DNA of 64,000 bases from an uncultured Planctomycetaceae bacterium (lineage in GTDB: Bacteria; Planctomycetota; Planctomycetia; Isosphaerales; Isosphaeraceae): the NCBI GenBank assembly GCA_963797295.1, contig CAWCPP010000008.1:72545-136544 (forward strand). Reading direction: 5' to 3'. The notes beneath the pieces are model-generated. The model was not told the origin of the DNA. It saw only the letters and a list, made by a program, of their open reading frames with translations, and searched no databases. Made by a program: the position numbers and the translations under genes. Shown one piece after another: positions 1 through 9,215 of this stretch (position 1 is its first letter; every line of letters begins with the position of its first letter).

Positions 1-347
1 GCTAGTTCCTCGTCGCTGAGGTCGTCAGACTTCAAATCGAGTGCCGCCGCCATCGTGTCGGCGACCGAGTTTTCAAAGAACGTCGCCATCAAATGCGACA
101 GAGCCGACTTGCTGGCAGTCGATCTCGATTGGGTCGGCCGATAGACGTACTTCGTCCCGTCCTGTCGATGCTTCACGAATCCCTTTCGTTCCAGCAGTCG
201 CAGCATCGTTCGCACGGAATCGTAAGCAGGCGGGTCAGCCATATGTTCCATCACGTCGCCGACAGAGGCTTGTTCCAGTCGGAAAACGATGTCCAGAATC
301 TCGCGCTCTCGCCGTCCCAACTGCGACGAATCCTTTTTCTCGGCCAT
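1..347 (-). CDS. BlaI/MecI/CopY-family transcriptional repressor (C-terminus runs off the window)
   Basis: ATG at 347 on the minus strand. My translation is MAEKKDSSQLGRREREILDIVFRLEQASVGDVMEHMADPPAYDSVRTMLRLLERKGFVKHRQDGTKYVYRPTQSR..., which fits the winged-helix penicillinase-repressor pattern. Not in the ORF track because no stop lies inside the window. Confidence 0.8.
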   Translation of the reverse strand, partial: MAEKKDSSQLGRREREILDIVFRLEQASVGDVMEHMADPPAYDSVRTMLRLLERKGFVKHRQDGTKYVYRPTQSRSTASKSALSHLMATFFENSVADTMAAALDLKSDDLSDEEL

Positions 348-376
348 GAATCGCTTTCCCTCAATGACGATCGTCC

Positions 377-407
377 GGTAATCGATTACCAGTGGTAATA
401 CGTTACC
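377..407. promoter_or_regulatory. Two tandem 14-bp dyads, candidate operator for the BlaI-like repressor
   Basis: GGTAATCGATTACC (377-390, perfect palindrome) and GGTAATACGTTACC (394-407, GGTAA/TTACC arms) are 3 bp apart. They lie 30-60 bp upstream of the repressor start at 347. Confidence 0.45.
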
Positions 408-701
408 AGACTCGAACCGGGAGTCAACGGAACATGCCCGTTATTTTGAATCAGTGAAGTGTCACGTACTCGTAATTCCCGGTTGCCGCCGGTCGCGCCG
501 CTGGAGTGCACTCAATCGAGGGTTTTGACGGACCGTTTGGGTAGGGGTAACGGGCAGGTGGAACAAAATCGGGAATGAAGCAGTGTGGCGGCCAGTTCAG
601 ATCGCTCATAGCCGGGGAAAGTGGATGTGGCTGACCAAGTGCCGCGTCAGACGCGGCAGTCGCGCACTGATACCAACGGCAGACAGACGGGTCAATCTGC
701 T

Positions 702-1541
702 CTAAACCAGGGTGATCAGTACAACCTCCGGCCGGCAAAGGAACCGAACCGGCGGAGTGACAGTCCCGACACCGCGAGTGACGCAAACCTGGCAGGATGG
801 GCTTTGAACGACTCCATAAAGATATTTTTGTCCGTATCGCGACGGGACCACGGGGGCGCCGTAACCGGGCAAGACGATCTGACCGCCGTGGGTATGGCCG
901 CTTAAAACAAGGCCGACGCGGCGGTCGCGGATGATCTCGACAAAGTCGGGATTGTGCGACAAGAGAAGCACGGCGTCGCTCTCGGTGGCGTCACCCAGTG
1001 CGCCGTCCAGGTCTTGCTGATCGGTCCACAGGTCGCCGACACCGCAGACCCGTAGCCGGGCACCGCTTCGCTCGATCCAGGTTCCGGTATTGTTCAGGTC
1101 GGGCAGCTTGGCGTCGGCAAGTGCGGCTAGTGAGAGTGGCCGGAAGCTTCGCGTGCCATGGTAATCTTGGTTGTCGTGGTTGCCACGCACTGCGAACCGC
1201 CCGTACGTTCCCTTGAGCTTACCTAACTCGTTCACCCCCGGGGCGATGTAGGTGTCATGGCGATGTACAAAATCACCGACCAAGGCCACGATGTCAGGCT
1301 TGAGGGCGTTGGTCGTCGAAACAATATGCCGGATATAGGCCAGCGGCACGAACGGGCCGTGATGGACATCGGCGAGAAGTGCAACGGTCGTCCCGCGAAA
1401 TGGTGAGGGCAGGTTCGGCAGCGCGATCGTTCGACGCACGACCCGGCACCATTTGGCCTCGAGGAACGGATAAACCAAACCCGCCCCAATTGCTCCCAAT
1501 GTAGCCAATCCGGCGGTTTTCACGAACTTACGTCGATCCAT
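702..1541 (-). CDS. Secreted (Tat-like signal) calcineurin-type metallophosphoesterase
   Basis: Intact 279-aa ORF with N-terminus MDRRKFVKTAGLATLGAIGAG. Metal-binding motifs GDFVHRHD, GNHD and SGHTHGG are present. Confidence 0.8.
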   Translation of the reverse strand: MDRRKFVKTAGLATLGAIGAGLVYPFLEAKWCRVVRRTIALPNLPSPFRGTTVALLADVHHGPFVPLAYIRHIVSTTNALKPDIVALVGDFVHRHDTYIAPGVNELGKLKGTYGRFAVRGNHDNQDYHGTRSFRPLSLAALADAKLPDLNNTGTWIERSGARLRVCGVGDLWTDQQDLDGALGDATESDAVLLLSHNPDFVEIIRDRRVGLVLSGHTHGGQIVLPGYGAPVVPSRYGQKYLYGVVQSPSCQVCVTRGVGTVTPPVRFLCRPEVVLITLV

Positions 1542-1649
1542 CGCTTTTGCTCCGATTCGGCTGGCAGAAAAACAAGCATCCTACTTGCGGCACCTTGCCA
1601 GGAAGCCAGTCGAAAGACCTCTGTTGGCCGCGACATTGATCACTCCATG

Positions 1650-2085
1650 CTAGTATAGTTCGTAGACATGTTCGCCGCCGTGCGCGGGGTTGCCGATGAG
1701 CGTCCTTGATCGTAGGTCGACGACGAAGTCGAGGTGTTCGAGAGGTAGCTGCCCGATCAAGACTGGGACGTCATTGGGAACTTCCATGACATCCATCGTG
1801 CAGGTTCGGCCCAGGATTGTCAGGCGCACAGCGTCGTAGACGGCGGCCTCGGCAACGCCAATGCTGCTCCGGACTCGTTTCTTGTACTGTTCGGTGAGCC
1901 CGAGCTGTCGGATCAGGTACGTTGGCAACGAGAGCAGCGTGGCCCCCGTATCCACCAAGGCATCAACAACGGTGACTGCGCCGAACCTGATCGGCAGGCT
2001 TGAATCCTTGTTCGGTGGCCCAAAGATCCTTCAGGCTCTCGATCGTCGCTTCCGTGAGGACACGCCCCAATGTTTCGCTCTCCAT
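1650..2085 (-). CDS. Retropepsin-like (clan AA) aspartic protease, one frame change
   Basis: ORF 1650..1958 contains the VDTGAT active-site motif. The N-terminal ~35 codons from ATG 2085 (MESETLGRVLTEATIESLKDLW...) are one frame off; the junction is near 1975-1995. Confidence 0.6.
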
Positions 2086-2290
2086 GGCGTGACACTCCTC
2101 AAAGATGAATGTCCAGATCTAGCCCCAAACCATTATCTCCCATGGGGCGACCGCAAGCCAGGCAAGTCGGCCGCATTACGGACGGATGAGCCGCCGCGCT
2201 GGTTGACGGTGATCGGCTCGTCCCGTTACGATCGGCGAAGCTGGCCCACACGAGTGAACGACCACGAACCCGAGACACGAAACCGTATCA

Positions 2291-3051
2291 ATGCAAATCC
2301 TTCTGACCAATGATGACGGCGTATTCGCCCCTGGCTTGCGAGCCCTTCGTAAAGAGCTCATGCGATTAGGGGAGGTGACAGTCGTGGCTCCGGCCATGGA
2401 GCAGAGCGGCGTGGCGCACTCGATCACGCTGCTCTCGCCCCTGGTCGTCAAGCAGGTGGAGGACGTCGACGGCACGACATTGGGCTGGAAGGTCGAGGGA
2501 AGCCCGGCCGACAGCGTCAAGCTGGGGATCTGCGAACTGATGTCGCGGCCGCCGGATTTGATCGTCTCGGGAATCAATTCCGGCTCCAATGCCGGGATCA
2601 ACGTGCTCTACTCGGGGACCGTTGCCGCGGCGATCGAGGGGGCCTTCTTCAAGATCACGAGCATCGCCGTCTCCCTGGAGCTGTCCGAACACTTCGATTT
2701 TCCCCACGCGGCCAAGCATGCCGTTCGCGTCATCGAGAAGATCCTGGCGAATCGGCCGCCGAATGGTCGCTATTTAACGTCAATCTGCCGGCGCACTCGC
2801 GGGGCGAGCCGCGAGGCATTCGCGTCGTTCCCATGGGACTGGGCCGCTATGGCGAGGGCTTCGAGTGCCGGAAAGACCCGCGTGGGCGGACCTATTACTG
2901 GATGACTTACAACCCCCCTTTTCATCTCGAGGGGCCCGAGACCGACGTCACCAGCCTCTGCGAAGGCTATATCACCGTCACACCGCTGCACTTCGATTTG
3001 ACCCGCTACGACGCGATCCCCGAAGTGAGCGCCTGGAAATGGGAAGATTGA
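2291..3051 (+). CDS. surE: 5'/3'-nucleotidase SurE, one frame change
   Basis: N-terminus [23 protein letters not shown]... is diagnostic of SurE. The C-terminal part continues in ORF 2833..3051 ([22 protein letters not shown]...). The junction near 2768 would be fixed by one extra T. Confidence 0.85.
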
Positions 3052-3073
3052 ACCATTCATTAACAGGAGCGAT

Positions 3074-3470
3074 TCATGCGCCCGCGATCATCTGCAGACT
3101 GGTTTTCCAGGAAATCACCGCGACTGGCCGCGATCGTTCAACATGGCTGATCATCGCCATCTGCGCCTTGCTCGACCGGGCTGCGAGGAAGAAACTCGCA
3201 ACGTGGGAAAACGGCCCGAAACCAGGGCCCTTGATCAGACAGGAGTCTCCGTCGGCGTCGATGAGACAGCCCGCGCGAATCAGCCCCAGGCCAGGCCCCG
3301 CGCAACACAGTCCGGGCCGATCATCGGCCAGCGCACGACAGACATTCGCGACGCCGAGCAAGGAGTTGAAGCAGGGAGGAGCGCACAGGTCGCTTCACCG
3401 AAGATCGTCGCCAAAGACCCGATCACGCTGCAGGGAAATGCCTACGTTTCGATTATCGGCCGGCATCTGT
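3074..3470 (-). pseudogene. Possible DJ-1/PfpI-like remnant with an in-frame TGA
   Basis: The minus frame reads ..GISLQRDRVFGDDLR*SDLCAPPCFNSLLGVANVCRALADDRPGLCCAGPGLGLIRAGCLIDADGDSCLIKGPGFGP... It has a CAGP nucleophile-elbow-like motif and a DG..I.G.G block, but the spacing is about 25 aa too short. The TGA is at 3395-3397. GC3 cannot separate this frame from the antisense plus frame. Confidence 0.25.
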
Positions 3471-3545
3471 CGACTCCAGATCCAGCAAGCCGATGGACCT
3501 TTACCGCGCCAACAACGATCGTTATCCCAAGGACTCGAAGAGTTC

Positions 3546-3845
3546 ATGACCGAGATCATCAAGGCCAACAACATCGCTCTGCCCCAACTCCCGCCGTACC
3601 AGAAATACGGCTACGACGAGAAGGAGCACAAGCTCATCATACTGGAATACGCGGACCTCAAGAATGACCGTCACAGTGCCCAGCGATGCTCCATCACCCG
3701 GCTCGTGTACGTCCGCGTGGGGACACCGCAGGGATACTTGCGGCGGCTGCGGATACCTGCCGCGACTCGATGGACCAAGTCTCTTGGGCCTGGGAAAGCC
3801 GATTCCGTCGTTGTGGCCAAGTTGAGATCCGTCTGTCGGCGGTAA
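3546..3845 (+). CDS. Hypothetical protein
   Basis: ATG 3546, MTEIIKANNIALPQLPPYQKYGYDEKEHKLIILEYADLKND..., with GC-rich third positions. The C-terminal half looks unnatural, so an undetected frame change is possible. Confidence 0.35.
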   Translation: MTEIIKANNIALPQLPPYQKYGYDEKEHKLIILEYADLKNDRHSAQRCSITRLVYVRVGTPQGYLRRLRIPAATRWTKSLGPGKADSVVVAKLRSVCRR

Positions 3846-3849
3846 TCCG

Positions 3850-4421
3850 CCGGGAAGAGCCAGGATTCCCTGGGGCATCGAGACGGGACTGATCCGGTTC
3901 ACCTTCCAGACGCCCGGCTGGGTCTCCTGAAAACCCAGCGACCAGGTGGTAAGGCCATCAAGCATCACCGGCGACGTGTTCGAATGCCCCCGCGTGAAAA
4001 CCCGAAATTCGGCCTTCCCCCGCCGCGATTGCTGGCCGGCACTGGTCTGCAATTCGCTGACTCGAACGAACTCGAATCGCGTCTGGCTCAGATTGGCCTG
4101 GATCAGGGCCCGCGTCGCATGCCTCCGAAAGCGCGGTCTCTCCCTGCAAGTACTGGACGTTCGGCGCCATATGCGCCAGCACTCCCTCAACATCCGAGCT
4201 TTGCACCGCCCGGCGTAGGTCGTAAACCACCTGCTCGATCCGCTCGTTGTCGGTTACCCAGAACCATTCAATCGCCACCACCATAAGCGCCAGTCCAAAG
4301 GCTATCCCTGCCCGAATCAGGTATTTGCCTTGCTGCGTGACATTGAGTGCGACCACGAATGCCCCGGCCAACAGCAGCAACCCCCCGCCAGGTACGTTGG
4401 GTCCTCCGAAAGATTCGTCAT
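3850..4421 (-). CDS. Hypothetical membrane protein, at least 2 frame changes; 3' end uncertain
   Basis: MTNLSEDPTYLAGG (ATG 4421), then a G-run near 4385, then LLLLAGAFVVALNVTQQGKYLIRAGIAFGLALMVVAIEWFWVTDNERIEQVVYDLRRAV.. (ORF 3958..4380). It then continues in ORF 3522..4193 (..AEFRVFTRGHSNTSPVMLDGLTTWSLGFQETQPGVWKVN..). Confidence 0.45.
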
Positions 4422-4601
4422 AGGGATCGGCTCCTCAGGCCCGTGAAAGACGTCATATCGACTCGCGACACGAATCAATCGACAGGCACACGCCATCACG
4501 GTCTATGACATGTGTCAGATGCATCCTTTGGATTCTATGAGGGCATTTCGGTTTGGGAAAGGGAGAGGCGAAAAAAAACATCTCACACTGGCAAGACGAC
4601 G

Positions 4602-5825
4602 TTATCGGCCCGTTGGCGCGGGATTCAGTCTCGATTGCTTGGGCTGCGTTGGCACGGGAACGCCCGGCTTGGGGGGCGGTTGTTCTCCTTCGCCTTCATC
4701 TCCTTCGCCCTTTTGGGCATTGTCGGCCTTCGGCCTGGCAGCAGCGGGGGCGGCGTTCTGCGCCTGGTCTTTGGTATTGGACTGGTCTTTTCGGGCGTCG
4801 CGCCGGTTTGCGGTTAAGAACCATCTGAGGGTCGAGAAAGTTACGGGCGTAAGATTATATTGAGGCTCCCATTCGACGGGACGGTTCTTGAGGGTGGTAT
4901 CGAGGAACTGAAAGACGGTCGAGGTGACCTTGGGCTCAAGTCGCAGGAACTTGTAGCCATGCAGCGACGAGGGGAAGAGCTCGACCTTATTGAGCCGCGT
5001 ACGCTGCAGGATTTGCTGGACGGATTGCACGGCATTCTTTGACGGATTATCGCGGTCACCTGCCAGGAGCAGTAGGGGAACTCGAGGAGCGAGCGAAGCC
5101 AGGACGTGGCCTAGCACGTAACCATAGCCCTCGGGCTTGGGCGAGATCAGCACGAGGGCACTCAAGTCGCTGGGCCGACCCTCGGTGGTGACCGCAGCGC
5201 CGGGCTGGAATGCCCAGGCGGCGACCAGGTTGGCCCCGTCACCCAGGGCGATCACACCGAGCTTCGATAGGTTCAAGTCGCCTCGATTATGGCGGTCGAC
5301 CAGGAAAAAGTAGCCGGCTTGCAGATCCTCGATCATTTGTTGGGTATCGTGCCGCTGTCCACGCGGGTTTTGACCTTGTCCACGCAAGTCCATGCTGAAA
5401 ACGGCGTAACCAAGCTCCTGGAGATGCTCGGCAAACCCCTTTCCTTTGAGATCGAGAACGGCGTCTTCGAAGTCTTTACGCGACCGGCCTATCTCGTGGA
5501 TGAGCATGACGACCGAGGCGGACGAAGCCAGCTTCGATGGGTAATAGGTGGCGGCCAGCGGTGCCCCGTCAAATGAGCGGAGCCGCAACGTATAGTGGAA
5601 GGTCCCGATCGCGGGCTTCGCAGGCTGGACAGCGACCTTGGCCAGTGGGTCGGCCGCCTCCGGGCGGGCTTTTTTCAACGGGACGCCCCCCTGGTTGCGG
5701 ACTTGACCGCGGGCACCCCGTGTCGGACGTTGTCCCTGGGGGTGCACCACTCCAACCAACACCAGTACCACAGCCGGCACCATCCACGGCTTTCTCGCTA
5801 ACACCCCACGTTGATTTTGCGTCAT
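4602..5825 (-). CDS. Secreted alpha/beta-hydrolase-fold-like protein with charged, Pro-rich tail
   Basis: Intact 407-aa ORF with an N-terminal hydrophobic segment. The core has VVMLIHEIGRS, GVIALGDGANL (the elbow carries Asp, not Ser) and LLLLAGDRDNP. The C-terminus is KGEGDEGEGEQPPPKPG. Confidence 0.5.
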   Translation of the reverse strand: MTQNQRGVLARKPWMVPAVVLVLVGVVHPQGQRPTRGARGQVRNQGGVPLKKARPEAADPLAKVAVQPAKPAIGTFHYTLRLRSFDGAPLAATYYPSKLASSASVVMLIHEIGRSRKDFEDAVLDLKGKGFAEHLQELGYAVFSMDLRGQGQNPRGQRHDTQQMIEDLQAGYFFLVDRHNRGDLNLSKLGVIALGDGANLVAAWAFQPGAAVTTEGRPSDLSALVLISPKPEGYGYVLGHVLASLAPRVPLLLLAGDRDNPSKNAVQSVQQILQRTRLNKVELFPSSLHGYKFLRLEPKVTSTVFQFLDTTLKNRPVEWEPQYNLTPVTFSTLRWFLTANRRDARKDQSNTKDQAQNAAPAAARPKADNAQKGEGDEGEGEQPPPKPGVPVPTQPKQSRLNPAPTGR

Positions 5826-6134
5826 CTCGCCCCCCCGCGTTCCATCGTTTCAACGGGAACTTCTCCATCTTTCATCGTAAGTTCCAGCAAAACAATGAAC
5901 AAGCGCAAAGCACCACAAGATGGGAAGATAAAACGGCGTCGTGGTGAGAGAATCGAGCTCACGGAGGCAGCGGCGATTAGCGCATCGGACCGGTAGAAGC
6001 CGGTTCGCTCCGACAACTTGCAGCTTGCTTCTGGCCGGGATTAGATCCATGCTCCGTAAGACAGCCGGGGACTGTAATCATCCCCATGTCGAACTAATGG
6101 ATCGATCAATGGCATCAACCTGGGAGCCGATTCC

Positions 6135-6440
6135 ATGATCGAGTCCTTTTTTTCACCCTTCTCGGGGCGGTCGACGCGTCGTCAGTTCGGGTGGGCGGCC
6201 GTCGCAAGCTCAGCCTTGGGGACAATCACGGTGCCGGCGATCGTGCGCGGTCGAAACCTCAACGAAAAGCTCAACATCGCCGTGATCGGTGTCGGTGGCC
6301 GGGGCGCGGCCAATTTGAGCGGGGTCACTTCGGAAAACATCGCGGCTCTTTGCGACGTATACGAGCCAGCAGTCGACAGGGCCGCCGTACACCATCCGCA
6401 TGCACGCCGCTGGCGTGACTTTCGTAAGCTCTACGGTGGG
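6135..6440 (+). pseudogene. 5' fragment of a Gfo/Idh/MocA-type oxidoreductase
   Basis: Tat-like leader RRQFGWAAVASSALG followed by the Rossmann start LNIAVIGVGGRGAANLSGVTSENIAALCDVYEPAVDRAA..DFRKL. No frame continues the family beyond about 6440, and a convergent gene ends at 6545. Confidence 0.5.
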
Positions 6441-6544
6441 ATTCAGCCAAGCTCTACGCCCCCAATGCACCCGAGGCCGTGTCGTTCATTCGCCGCGATT
6501 ACCGCAAGCGACGGACGCTGGGCTGAAACTGGCCGGGCCAGGTT

Positions 6545-7009
6545 CTAAAACGGCGGTCGAGCGGCCGATTCACTCGCGGCCGTCGGCGTTCCGCCGCCGT
6601 CTTTATTGTTCGGCATGCTCTGCCGAACCACGGACTGGTCGAGAACGCGTTCGCTCGCCTGGCTAAGGCTGTTGATCTCCCGATACAGTTGCTCCATCCG
6701 CGCATCCGACACGAGCCGCTGGGCCTTCTTTTTCACCTGCGCCTCCGCACGCTCGGCCGCCGCCGCGGCGCGGGCCGCTTCCTCTCGTTCGAAAGCCGTT
6801 AGCCGCAAGCGTTGCTGTTCGATCGACTTGTACTGCCGGATATTCCAGATCCCGGATGCCACCAGCAAGGTGACCAGGGGGATGATGACAGTCAGCGATT
6901 GGCCCGAAACGTGGAACTTTCGTGCTCCTCCAACGTCCATGTTTACACTCCCGTGGAACTGCTGATGAGGTGAGACGCCCTGCCAGCCAAACCAGTACTC
7001 CTCGGCCAT
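6545..7009 (-). CDS. Hypothetical single-pass membrane protein with coiled-coil tail
   Basis: Intact 154-aa ORF. TM segment LTVIIPLVTLLVASGIW is followed by EQQRLRLTAFEREEAARAAAAAERAEAQVKKKAQ. Confidence 0.5.
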   Translation of the reverse strand: MAEEYWFGWQGVSPHQQFHGSVNMDVGGARKFHVSGQSLTVIIPLVTLLVASGIWNIRQYKSIEQQRLRLTAFEREEAARAAAAAERAEAQVKKKAQRLVSDARMEQLYREINSLSQASERVLDQSVVRQSMPNNKDGGGTPTAASESAARPPF

Positions 7010-7295
7010 CCCTGAGTCGCGAGTGAGCCGACCGGTCAGAGCCGATGAACGGAACGCAAAATGCCGCGTAATTTTATTCGGATCGCCAAGATGGCTCTAC
7101 CTCAGATTTGATATTGGTCGTTTGAATTCCCCCGAGTTCCCTCGAAGCACCATTTCGTTGCCTCGTGTTTCGGTGAGTGTGATTGAAGTGTACTGGCTGG
7201 CTGACTACGCCCTGTCCATGGTATGTTTTCCTCTGGTCGCGAGGCTGCCCCTTCGTGTTACTTTGCCAGCGCCAATCTTCACGGAGTCAATCATC

Positions 7296-7890
7296 ATGAG
7301 CATGCCAGCTGATGCCCGCCTGGCCCGAAGGGTTTTGCGTCACGAGCTGGAAGCGATCCGGGCACACTGGGTTGGGTTCCTTTCGCTGGGGATCATCCTC
7401 ATCGTTGTCGGGGACAATCGCGGTAGGAATGCCGTTCGCGGCTTCGCTGGCCACTGCCGTGGCTTTCGGGGCGTTACTTCTGGTCGGCGGTATTGCCCAG
7501 CTCGTCGGTGCTTTCTGGACCCGAGACTGGAGCGGTTTTTTCCTGAGCCTGCTGATGGGCATCCTTTATGTTGTCCTGGGGCTTTTCTTCCTGCGCGACC
7601 CGGGCGAGGGCTTGCTGGCCATGACGTTGCTCTTGGCCTGTGTACTGATGGTCGGCGGTTTGTTCCGTATCATTGGTTCGCTCATGTATCGGTTTCCCCA
7701 CTGGGGCTGGACGCTCGTGGGCGGCATCATCAACCTGGTTCTGGGCATCATGATCTGGCAGCAGTGGCCGGTATCCGGTCTTTGGGTGATCGGTCTATTT
7801 GTCGGAATCGACTTGATTTTCACCGGCTGGACATGGGTGATGCTCGCCTTGGCGGTGAAGAAGGCGCGGCCGTTGGCCAAGGTGAGCTAA
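7296..7890 (+). CDS. HdeD/DUF308-family membrane protein, one frame change
   Basis: ATG 7296, MSMPADARLARRVLRHELEAIRAHWVGFLSLGIILIVVG. After a junction near 7415 it continues in ORF 7312..7890 (TIAVGMPFAASLATAVAFGALLLVGGIAQLVGAFWTRDWSGFFLSLLMGILYVVLG...). Confidence 0.7.
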
Positions 7891-7982
7891 TCTGCGCAAG
7901 GGCTTGGATCTCTTCGAGGATTTGGCTGCATGGACATTCAGCTAATCGTCGGGGGCAACGTGGCCTGTCGGTGATCTCAATT

Positions 7983-8672
7983 CTAGCCGCTAGGCGCAGG
8001 GGGAAGCGAAACAAGGCTTGAATCACTTGCCGCTGGATCGGCGGGCCGGTGCCGGAGGATCTCTCCCTGTTTGAGGTAGATCACCGACTCGGCGATCTTG
8101 GCGGCATGGTCGGCGATCCGCTCCAGGTTGCGAGCGGTGTTAACCAGCCGAAGCCACGTATCGATCCGTTCGGGATTGCTGACAATCTCGGCCTTGAGCT
8201 GCTTCTGGACAGCCCGATAGTCGCGGTCGACCCTTCTGTCGGCGGCGATGACGGCCTGGGCGCGTGACACGTTGGACTGGGTCAGGGCGTCAAGACTGTC
8301 ATGAATCTGCGACAGGGCTTCCAGGGCGAGGTTCTCAAGAGTCTGGGGAATCGGAAAGGCCTGAGGATCGGTCGCCAGTTTCTTGACCCGTTTGGCGATG
8401 TGCCGGGCCAGATCGCAAAGACGCTCGAGGTCGCCATTGATCTTGAGAATTGCGGCGACCCGCCGCAGGTCTGAGGCAACCGGCTGGTGCAGTGCCAGAA
8501 CACGAACACACTCGCGCTCGATCTGGATCTCCCACCGATCCACCGCTCGCTTTCGTCCCTTGAGCTCGTTGGCCAGCTCGACCCGGCCGTCGCATAGCCC
8601 GTGGATGCTCTGGTTGAGCGCATCTTCAACCACCGCCGCCAGCTTCAGCACCTCGGACCAGAGCCCCTCCAT
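7983..8672 (-). CDS. phoU: Phosphate signalling complex protein PhoU
   Basis: Intact 229-aa ORF with two PhoU repeats (..DRWEIQIERECVRVLALHQPVASDLRRVAAILKINGDLERLCDLARHIAK.. and ..NTARNLERIADHAAKIAESVIYL). Confidence 0.85.
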   Translation of the reverse strand: MEGLWSEVLKLAAVVEDALNQSIHGLCDGRVELANELKGRKRAVDRWEIQIERECVRVLALHQPVASDLRRVAAILKINGDLERLCDLARHIAKRVKKLATDPQAFPIPQTLENLALEALSQIHDSLDALTQSNVSRAQAVIAADRRVDRDYRAVQKQLKAEIVSNPERIDTWLRLVNTARNLERIADHAAKIAESVIYLKQGEILRHRPADPAASDSSLVSLPPAPSG

Positions 8673-9090
8673 GTCTCTGAGAAAATGCGGCCCACCGTGA
8701 CCCGTTCATTGTCCCAGTCCGAATTCAGTGCAGTGCTGTTCCTGTGGCATCGGCGCGATCCTCGTCGTCGTTGACCCTGTTGGCTTGGCTCGAACCTCGT
8801 TCTGGCTCCATCTCGTTATATGATGCGACTTGGCTGATTTACCGCTCTCATCGGGTCGATCATCGTCTCGCACCGGAACGATTGCGGCATAACAACTTCA
8901 GCTTATGTCATCGAGCCTCGGCCAACAACCGCGAATCCGACAAATACACGAGAAATTCACGATCGCTGTGATTCGCGTGGGTCTCTTGATCGGTGAGATG
9001 CCAAAAGGATTCGCAATACACGCGGCTCGATCTAGGACGTCGTGAACACTTTTCACTGGCGTCAGGTGAAATTCGCCATTGCGAGCCGGC

Positions 9091-9122
9091 AAAAGCAAAA
9101 CCCCGGAGCAGTTGCTCCGGGG
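9091..9122 (-). terminator. Intrinsic terminator downstream of the 9216-11964 gene
   Basis: Hairpin CCCCGGAGC-AGTT-GCTCCGGGG at 9101-9122. On the minus strand it is followed by TTTTGCTTTT (9091-9100). Confidence 0.6.
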
Positions 9123-9215
9123 TCGCGTCGTTCGGTTTCGATATTAATGCCGGCCGGCGAGTCCGCAGGCCGATATCAAGCCGCCCCGGCCTTGGCGGCC
9201 GAAGCGGGATCAGGC

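Noticed and set aside
370-430. GGTTCGAG on the minus strand, resembling a tRNA T-loop
   Set aside because: No complementary T-stem, acceptor stem or anticodon arm can be drawn. The region is explained by the two operator-like dyads. I found no convincing tRNA elsewhere in the intergenic regions I read.
3395-3397. In-frame TGA as a selenocysteine codon, given the SelA-like gene in the window
   Set aside because: No SECIS-like hairpin follows the codon. The host ORF is a doubtful remnant with a large internal deletion, and the SelA-like protein is of the short non-canonical type. No other Sec machinery is visible.
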